Positions 24,993 to 31,178 of a stretch of DNA of 31,178 bases are shown here, piece by piece (position 1 is the stretch's first letter; each line of letters begins with the position of its first letter). The position numbers were made by a program, and so were the translations under genes. The DNA lies in the IMG/VR virus record IMGVR_UViG_3300010366_000041, positions 1 through 31,178 of that record; one strand, given 5' to 3'. The notes beneath the pieces were generated by a model. It made no database searches. It was not told the origin of the DNA and worked only from the letters and a program-made list of their open reading frames with translations. Source of the stretch: a virus (lineage: Duplodnaviria > Caudoviricetes).

Positions 24993-27900
24993 TGCCTAGA
25001 ATCCCGACTGCTGGTGCGAATCTGGGAGTCGGTGGACCGGCAGGTTTGCCGAATCTCTTCAACGATCCCGGGGCAATCGCTGCAACGTTACCGAGTGCAC
25101 CCTCAGGTGCGCATGTCCACCCGCTTGACATTTCCCCAGCGCATCCGCACAGTGTCCTACCGATGTTGGGTGCATCATTGCAGAACGCACCACAACAGTA
25201 TGCAGCCCTACCCGACCTACCAGGTCCGAAGCCGACACCGATCAAGGATACTGGCTATCCCGCACGTATCCCTAAGGATCCAACTCAAGCTCACGACATG
25301 GTGGCGAAGATCCTCACTGACAAGGGATGGAATCCCGTCAACGCTGACCAGATGGGTTATCTTGCCAGTGCGTATGGTGGTGTTAAGACTGACCGCGCGA
25401 TCAAAGCCATCGAGGGTGCACAGCAAGCAAGTATCGCACCGACCGGCATTGCTGGTAAGGCTGCACAGCTTGCTACAGAGGGCGGTCAGACACTGGCGGG
25501 GATTGGGCCGGGTGTAGGACTTTCTCTCTACCACACGGGTGAGGATCTTAAGAACGCGACCCAAGGTGACTTCTCCTTTAAGCACACGCGCGCGCTAGGG
25601 TCTCTCATCGAGAAGTCCTACGCTGAGTCAATTCATCATCCAGGTCGTCAGTGGCAGCAAGACCCATTGAGCCTCCTTATGAACGCCAGTACACCATTCT
25701 TCTTTGGTGCTGGCGCTGCTGCACGAGGTGTTGAACTTGCTGCCGCTCCAGAACTTGCTGCTGAGGCAGGGACGTCTACTGCTCGTCAGGTAGCTAAGAC
25801 TCTACTTCGCCCACAGCCGCAGACACGAAAGCTGACACTACGCGCTGGCGAAACGACTGGACCGAACCCACTCACTGTGGAGCCCACTGCCTATAAGTCT
25901 GCATTGGGCGGATATATTCAGAAGTTCCTCGATCCAAGGCTAGAGCGCCGGGTCGCTGAACCACACCTCGCAGGTGGTGCAGTTAACCGAATCACGGGTC
26001 AGTTGAGGATACCCGCTAACCTACTTGCTGCTGGCGCTCGCATGGGTCGTAAGTTCCGTGAGGATCTGGAGACTGAGATTCGCACACGTTCAGGTGAACT
26101 CTCAGCCTCTAACATTCCTGCTGAACTTCATGGTAACGTCGCTCGTGGTATGTCCTTCGTGCCCAGATGGCGTGGCCTATATGACTCGGGTGTAGATTAC
26201 GCTGAGATGATGCAACACCCAAACCGCGACTGGACGGCTATTCGTGAACCGCCAAGCGATATCCCATCCAGTATTAGTCCTCAGGCGTTGACATCCCACC
26301 CCATTCTGAACCTAACTGAGCGCCAGCTATCTAATCAGTTTGTGCCTGGTAGGGGGCGAATGATCCCCGGTGCCTCTGAAGTAGAGACCAAAGGTGCTCA
26401 GTTTAAGTATGTGCCCACCGAGGTCATTAAGGGTATGAGAACCTGGGGTGGGCCAGGTGAGGGTGCGCTCGCTAATGTAGGCGCAGCTATCGACGCGGGC
26501 AATCAGATCGTGCGTACTGGGCGATACATGAACCCAGCCTATGCACAGTGGGCTGCGCAGAATGGTCTGCTGCATGCCACTCAGGCGGGTGCTTGGATGG
26601 GGCGCAATATCTGGCAATTGCATAGTCAACTACCTCGCACAAGTCCTGCCTTCAAAGCAGCGTTCGATGGCGCATTGGGGAAGGGTGTTGCGCGGGCGTC
26701 AACAGGTGAGACAGGGCGCTTCCTCGAGGGCTCGGGTCGCGCAGGTGCACTCTATCGTAACCTTCAACACTTCTGGCATATCGCCAACGATCAGTGGGCA
26801 CGTCGCCTGGCTGGCATTCACGAGCTCAATCATGCTGGTTATCACACTGCTGAGTCGTGGGAGAATCTGTGGCGTACTAATCCCACTGAGTTTCGTAAGA
26901 TTGTAGGCGGGTCAGCTGCACATGAGGCGATTGACTACTCAGAGATGACACCTGGTGAGCGTGCAAGCCTACAGAAACTAATGACCGCCTATGGTTGGAC
27001 TCGAGGTGCGACGACGTATACTGCACGCTATGCCCTTCAGCATCCTGTCCAGGCGCGTGTGGGTGCGGCACAGAGTCAGCAGGCACAACAGGTGATCGAA
27101 AACTTCTACAAGCAACACGGAGGCATGGTGCCTGAGTGGTTGCGCGAACGTCTACCTATTGGTGGCAATAAGCTGCTCGACACTGCATGGGTTGCCCCCT
27201 CAGGCACACCTGCTACTCTCATCTCCGAGCTGCCGGGGGCTACGATTGGTCAGACTGAGAATCTGCAGGGTGAAGCTGGCCCAGTCACTGGTGGCATTAT
27301 GGGCCTCATTACAGGACAGAATCGCTATGGCACAGCCTACCGTGGGGGTGAGCGGTTCACCGGGCCGATCAAGGATGTGCTCAATCGCTTTAAGCCCTGG
27401 GGTGAACTGCAGACTCTCGCCAGTGCCAAGCAGGGTGGTACATTCAAGCAGGGTGCTGGATCAGCAATCGCCTCAGCTGTGGGCTATCCCGTACAGACGT
27501 TGCGTGACCCCACAAAGACTGCTGGTCTGGCTGAGAAGGATTACGAAGCTGCGCTCTCGATTCCTGACAAGGTTAAGTTCCAGTACAACCGTAAGCTGGA
27601 GCTATTGCCTCAGGAGATTGCACAATATGAGAAGGCTGCTGGGCAGCAGATTAGCCCTCAAGATCTTAGCCGACTCAAGGCTGACTTCGACGCTGTGGAG
27701 CAGCGTGACCTGTTCCAGTATCACTATGCTCAGCAGCATGGGTCGAAGGCATGGAAATCTCTACCACCCATGAACAAGCTTGCTGGCACGTTAGACTGGC
27801 TCGCGCATCACGGGTACAGCCAAGCAACGGTCGAAGGCATTCGACAAGCTGCGCTGCAGGCGCACAACGACAAGGAGATCGAGCAGGCTGTCAGCACACT

Positions 27901-27994
27901 GTGGTCAAACACTGGCATCGGTCAGGCTGACAGTATGTGGCACAATATGGTGAAGAGGCTCACACCTCCGAAACTAACCCCACCTAATCCCTGA
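24992..27994 (+). CDS. Putative large ejection protein 3 (1000 aa)
   Basis: Large, Ala/Gly-rich, Cys-free, located as podovirus core proteins; no tape-measure periodicity seen. Confidence 0.6.
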   Translation: MPRIPTAGANLGVGGPAGLPNLFNDPGAIAATLPSAPSGAHVHPLDISPAHPHSVLPMLGASLQNAPQQYAALPDLPGPKPTPIKDTGYPARIPKDPTQAHDMVAKILTDKGWNPVNADQMGYLASAYGGVKTDRAIKAIEGAQQASIAPTGIAGKAAQLATEGGQTLAGIGPGVGLSLYHTGEDLKNATQGDFSFKHTRALGSLIEKSYAESIHHPGRQWQQDPLSLLMNASTPFFFGAGAAARGVELAAAPELAAEAGTSTARQVAKTLLRPQPQTRKLTLRAGETTGPNPLTVEPTAYKSALGGYIQKFLDPRLERRVAEPHLAGGAVNRITGQLRIPANLLAAGARMGRKFREDLETEIRTRSGELSASNIPAELHGNVARGMSFVPRWRGLYDSGVDYAEMMQHPNRDWTAIREPPSDIPSSISPQALTSHPILNLTERQLSNQFVPGRGRMIPGASEVETKGAQFKYVPTEVIKGMRTWGGPGEGALANVGAAIDAGNQIVRTGRYMNPAYAQWAAQNGLLHATQAGAWMGRNIWQLHSQLPRTSPAFKAAFDGALGKGVARASTGETGRFLEGSGRAGALYRNLQHFWHIANDQWARRLAGIHELNHAGYHTAESWENLWRTNPTEFRKIVGGSAAHEAIDYSEMTPGERASLQKLMTAYGWTRGATTYTARYALQHPVQARVGAAQSQQAQQVIENFYKQHGGMVPEWLRERLPIGGNKLLDTAWVAPSGTPATLISELPGATIGQTENLQGEAGPVTGGIMGLITGQNRYGTAYRGGERFTGPIKDVLNRFKPWGELQTLASAKQGGTFKQGAGSAIASAVGYPVQTLRDPTKTAGLAEKDYEAALSIPDKVKFQYNRKLELLPQEIAQYEKAAGQQISPQDLSRLKADFDAVEQRDLFQYHYAQQHGSKAWKSLPPMNKLAGTLDWLAHHGYSQATVEGIRQAALQAHNDKEIEQAVSTLWSNTGIGQADSMWHNMVKRLTPPKLTPPNP

Positions 27995-29115
27995 TGGCTG
28001 AGCAAATACCATACACCAGAGGTCAGCTTGAGACGATGGCGAATCAAGCTGCCACTCAGGCTGGCGTTGATCCCGGCCTCTTTCGCGCGCTTATCACTCA
28101 GGAGAGTAGCTGGAACCCTGATGCTCAATCTCCAGCTGGGGCTGTGGGTCTTGGTCAACTCATGCCTGCCACAGCGACAGGTCTGGGTGTAACAAACCCA
28201 AGAGATCCCATCCAAAGCTTGCGAGGTGCAGCTCGATACTTCGCTCAACAGATGCAGACGTTCGGTGGCAACGCTCGTATGGCACTTGCTGCCTATAATG
28301 CCGGACCAGCAGCTGTGCGTAAGTACGGAGGCATTCCGCCCTACGCCGAGACTCAGAATTACGTCAACACCATCATGGGCAACTACAAAGCCCAACCTAC
28401 AGCAGCACCTCAGACTACACCCCAAGCGCCTCAGCTACAGGCTCAATCACCCCAGCCTCAGCAGATACAGGACCCGTTCGCTGGCGTGCGTCAGTCCATT
28501 AGTCGTGGCAATCAAATTCAGAATCAGCTTGGCAGTATTCTGGGGGACATTAACTCCGGGCTAGGTGCAGCGCTGAAGGGACTTGGCGGTGTGCCGGATG
28601 CGTTGATTAAGGGTTTGACTGCCCCATTGCCCAACCTCGATGTGAAGCTCCCGAGCATCGCTGAGCAGGTGAGCGTACATAATCAGAGGCAGAACTTCGA
28701 CTACAAGGTCACTGACCCTAAACAGGGCCTGAATCCTAAGAGCGCTGCGGCTGTGCAACTGTGCCGGGAATACCTCGGTACGCCCTACGTGTGGGGTGGT
28801 GAGAGCAGCAAGGGCTTCGATTGTTCAGGGCTGCTCCAGTATGCCTGGGCGAAGCAGGGTGTGAATATCCCGCGCACGACCTACGATCAGTTCCAGACAG
28901 GTAAGAAGATCAGTCAAGGCAGTCTCCAGCCTGGTGACGCTGTCTTCTTTAAGGGCAGCGACAGCAAGGTGGAGAACGGCAAACTATTGCCAGGGCACGT
29001 AGGCATGTATATCGGGAACGGTCAAATCATCCAAGCACCACACACTGGCAGTACGGTGCAGATTACACCGCTCAAGGACATGTCTGGCTACATGGGTGCC
29101 CGACGATACTCATAG
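27994..29115 (+). CDS. Virion-associated peptidoglycan hydrolase: SLT lytic transglycosylase plus NlpC/P60
   Basis: QESSWNP.A.SPAGA.GL.QLMP.T...AAYNAGP...ETQNYV; PYVWGG....FDCSGL...PRTT..Q...GD.VFF...GHVGMYIG. Confidence 0.93.
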   Translation: MAEQIPYTRGQLETMANQAATQAGVDPGLFRALITQESSWNPDAQSPAGAVGLGQLMPATATGLGVTNPRDPIQSLRGAARYFAQQMQTFGGNARMALAAYNAGPAAVRKYGGIPPYAETQNYVNTIMGNYKAQPTAAPQTTPQAPQLQAQSPQPQQIQDPFAGVRQSISRGNQIQNQLGSILGDINSGLGAALKGLGGVPDALIKGLTAPLPNLDVKLPSIAEQVSVHNQRQNFDYKVTDPKQGLNPKSAAAVQLCREYLGTPYVWGGESSKGFDCSGLLQYAWAKQGVNIPRTTYDQFQTGKKISQGSLQPGDAVFFKGSDSKVENGKLLPGHVGMYIGNGQIIQAPHTGSTVQITPLKDMSGYMGARRYS

Positions 29116-29120
29116 GAGGC

Positions 29121-29264
29121 ATGATGGAAGAACCTGAATCAGAAGTCGTTTGGCCCGAGCCTCGCGAAGATCCCCCCGAGGAGCCCACTGAACCGTGGGC
29201 CCTGCTCAAGGAACTGAAGGAGAGGCGCGATGACGCTGACGCGCAAAGCGATACCCAGTCCTAA
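29121..29264 (+). CDS. Acidic Pro/Glu-rich 47-aa peptide (not in ORF track)
   Basis: SD AGGAGG; MMEEPESEVVWPEPREDPPEEPTEPWALLKELKERRDDADAQSDTQS; overlaps the endolysin start. Confidence 0.5.
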   Translation: MMEEPESEVVWPEPREDPPEEPTEPWALLKELKERRDDADAQSDTQS

Positions 29265-30030
29265 CTACTCCTCCAGGGGAGGTAGTACTGTCAGACTGAT
29301 CGTGCTGCATACCGCGGAGGGGGCGCGGACAATTGAGGAACTTGGGTCTTTTTTCGCTAATCCTAGTAGTGGTGTTTCTTCTCACGTTGGTATTGATGAT
29401 AAAGCTGGGGTCATCGGCGAATATGTCCGACGTGACTACAAGGCATGGACAGCGGCTGGCGCCAACCCAGTCAGTGTGCAGGCTGAACTCTGTGCCTTCG
29501 CTGAGTGGACGCCAGACGAGTGGCACCAGCATCCCAACATGCTACAGAACTGTGCCCAGTGGATAGCAGAAGAGGCAGCTAAGTTCAACATACCCATAGT
29601 CAAGCTTACGCCCCAGCAAGCTCAAGGTAACTCAAAGGGTGTGTGTCAGCATGTTGACCTCGGATCGTGGGGAGGAGGTCACTGGGACTGTGGTGGAGAT
29701 TTTCCGATAGACGACGTACTGGCGATGGCGACAGGCGGAGGTGACGAGATGGGCTATCCGGACTGGTTCTGGTCGTGGGCGAACTGGTATCTTACCACAG
29801 ATCGCAATCCCGCCAATCGCCCTCCGGGCGTACCTCAAACTATCCCGCAGTGGGCGTGGGATGGACTCAATGAGGTTCAGGGAATCTCTAACCGCTATGG
29901 CATGACTCCAGGCGAACGGGACTGGATCGACTGGTATCTTGGTGGTAAGCAGGGTGATCGCCCCAAGGTGCCTCAGACGATTCCCGAACGCTGGTGGGAT
30001 GACGAGTCGTGGGCGCTTAAGCGCGAGTGA
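29230..30030 (+). CDS. Endolysin, N-acetylmuramoyl-L-alanine amidase (Amidase_2 type) with Trp-rich C-terminal repeats
   Basis: LIVLHTAEG, SSHVGID, KAWTA..AN..S.QAELC, CQH.D and HWDCG motifs. Confidence 0.9.
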   Translation: MTLTRKAIPSPNYSSRGGSTVRLIVLHTAEGARTIEELGSFFANPSSGVSSHVGIDDKAGVIGEYVRRDYKAWTAAGANPVSVQAELCAFAEWTPDEWHQHPNMLQNCAQWIAEEAAKFNIPIVKLTPQQAQGNSKGVCQHVDLGSWGGGHWDCGGDFPIDDVLAMATGGGDEMGYPDWFWSWANWYLTTDRNPANRPPGVPQTIPQWAWDGLNEVQGISNRYGMTPGERDWIDWYLGGKQGDRPKVPQTIPERWWDDESWALKRE

Positions 30031-30031
30031 T

Positions 30032-30187
30032 GTGGACTGGGCCAGCATCGGTGCATTCCTGTCAGGTGTCGGGGCTGTGGCAACTGCTTACTGGTTCGTG
30101 AAGGCTGAGCGTAAGCGCCTCGACGAGGAGTGTCAGCAACGGCTAGACGCCTTCCGTGAGGGCCTACATGAGAGGGAGCATGATTAG
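30032..30187 (+). CDS. Holin-like single-TM protein (51 aa)
   Basis: GTG 30032; MDWASIGAFLSGVGAVATAYWFV then a charged helix; directly after the endolysin. Confidence 0.55.
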   Translation: MDWASIGAFLSGVGAVATAYWFVKAERKRLDEECQQRLDAFREGLHEREHD

Positions 30188-30443
30188 ACTCGCTATACTA
30201 GGGGTTGCAGGTGTGCTAGCTGCGAGTACGGGGTTTCTCACGGCTGTGTCGCTAGGTAAATCGTCTGCACCTGCGAAGACTGTGACCATCAATGTAGCGA
30301 CGGGTCCAGCTGGGCCGCAGGGTCCACCAGGCCCGCAAGGGCCGCCTGGTACGTCGTCGTGTCCGACAGGTTTCTCGCCAGGAGAACTCGTCATTAACCA
30401 CCCAGGGGGTCAGACGATCACATGGACTTGCATCCAGGACTAG
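30180..30443 (+). CDS. Membrane-anchored collagen-like protein of the lysis cassette
   Basis: ATG 30180 after GAGGGAG; signal/TM segment, (GXY)5-6 repeats, CP.G...C tail. Confidence 0.7.
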   Translation: MIRLAILGVAGVLAASTGFLTAVSLGKSSAPAKTVTINVATGPAGPQGPPGPQGPPGTSSCPTGFSPGELVINHPGGQTITWTCIQD

Positions 30444-30444
30444 C

Positions 30445-30633
30445 ATGACAGACAACGACCTCATCGCCATCGGTATGCTTGCTATCTTCGCGTTGGCTGT
30501 GATCGACCGACTCGTCCTCATGTGGGAGCGTAGGTCATATCCGCCTCCTCAAATTGAGACATGGACTCCGCCCAGCGAAAAGGCCACGGAGCAGGTGGAG
30601 TGGCCAAGCCAAATAGATAAGGAGGCGCAGTGA
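30445..30633 (+). CDS. Small single-TM protein
   Basis: SD AGGA; LIAIGMLAIFALAVI. Confidence 0.6.
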   Translation: MTDNDLIAIGMLAIFALAVIDRLVLMWERRSYPPPQIETWTPPSEKATEQVEWPSQIDKEAQ

Positions 30634-30845
30634 ATATCAGCATCCAGATTAATCTCGGCCCAGATGATACTGCACCGACGATGACACCCGCGGAGATGCT
30701 TACCGCCCTTGGCGGTGACCCAGAGAAGGATAGCTGTGGCATGTCGATTAGCGCTGGCCATTCACCGCCAGTCCTTGCTCCCGCGCCTGTCCTTGCACCT
30801 CCTCCACCACCCGTGATTACGCCTGTGCCAGATACTGCCGTGTGA
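30630..30845 (+). CDS. Small Pro-rich hypothetical protein
   Basis: GTG start with SD AAGGAGG; GTGA overlap. Confidence 0.65.
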   Translation: MNISIQINLGPDDTAPTMTPAEMLTALGGDPEKDSCGMSISAGHSPPVLAPAPVLAPPPPPVITPVPDTAV

Positions 30846-30855
30846 GGCGGCGGTG

Positions 30856-30895
30856 GGGTGGCCTCGAAGTAGAGCCTCCTGCTTCGGGGCCATCC
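30856..30895 (+). terminator. 17-bp RNA hairpin ending the late operon (terminator or 3' stabiliser)
   Basis: GGGTGGCCTCGAAGTAG/CTGCTTCGGGGCCATCC; all three non-Watson-Crick pairs are G-U on the + strand. Confidence 0.6.
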
Positions 30896-30913
30896 AGTTG
30901 TGATACAATGCAG

Positions 30914-31013
30914 GTGAGGCGCTGGGCACGGGGATACTCCTGCTCCGTGTAGACAATCCCACCACCAGCGCTCGCAGAGACCCGGGTCTGTCCTCGAGCC
31001 CGGGTCTCTGTTT
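30914..31013 (+). ncRNA. Candidate ~100-nt small RNA
   Basis: Extended -10 TGTGaTACAAT (30899-30909), nested stems, terminator 30975-31013, no credible ORF. Confidence 0.4.
30975..31013 (+). terminator. Intrinsic terminator
   Basis: CAGAGACCCGGG/CCCGGGTCTCTG perfect 12-bp stem followed by TTT. Confidence 0.75.
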
Positions 31014-31178
31014 AGCGTGATACGTTATCTATGAGACGACGTTAGCACGCATGTGCAGCGCTGTAGAGCGAAAGGTCGGGGTACGCTGATACGATGCGTC
31101 ATGTTACGAAATGCAACCCCAGTACCCGCTGTACACAACCCGACCATACTGCGCTACTTCTATTTGCACAAGGGGCGG

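Noticed and set aside
24992-27994. 1000-aa protein as a tape measure protein
   Set aside because: No preceding tail tube or chaperone pair, no obvious aromatic 11-residue periodicity, and an adaptor/nozzle context that points to ejection proteins.
31078-31130. Hammerhead-like CTGA...CGAAA core
   Set aside because: The core reads CTGATACGA rather than CUGANGA, and stems II and III cannot be formed.
1-31178. tRNA, integrase/att, replication genes and genetic-code reassignment
   Set aside because: No cloverleaf or recombinase/polymerase motifs were seen. Genes tile densely under the standard code, with TAA, TAG and TGA all used as coupled stops.

Overview
This 31 kb window is part of a tailed dsDNA phage genome, probably infecting a non-mycolate Actinomycetota host (inferred from an amidase-only lysis cassette, an SLT+NlpC/P60 virion hydrolase and a leaderless-type promoter). 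From 1 to 3.7 kb it holds small early/accessory gene cassettes driven by a shared promoter motif, a stand-alone putative terminase small subunit, and two paralogous HTH-like genes in a repeat-rich region that may contain the genome end. From 3.7 to 30.85 kb runs one long + strand late operon: very basic micro-proteins, terminase large subunit, portal, scaffold, decoration protein, major capsid, adaptor, nozzle, five tail fibre/spike genes, three probable ejection proteins, an SLT-NlpC/P60 hydrolase, an amidase endolysin with an internal start, and small membrane proteins. No tape measure, tail tube or sheath gene was recognised, so a podovirus-like virion is inferred. The window ends in a structured non-coding region containing a candidate ~100-nt small RNA. 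All product calls come from motif recognition and gene order; no database searches were run.
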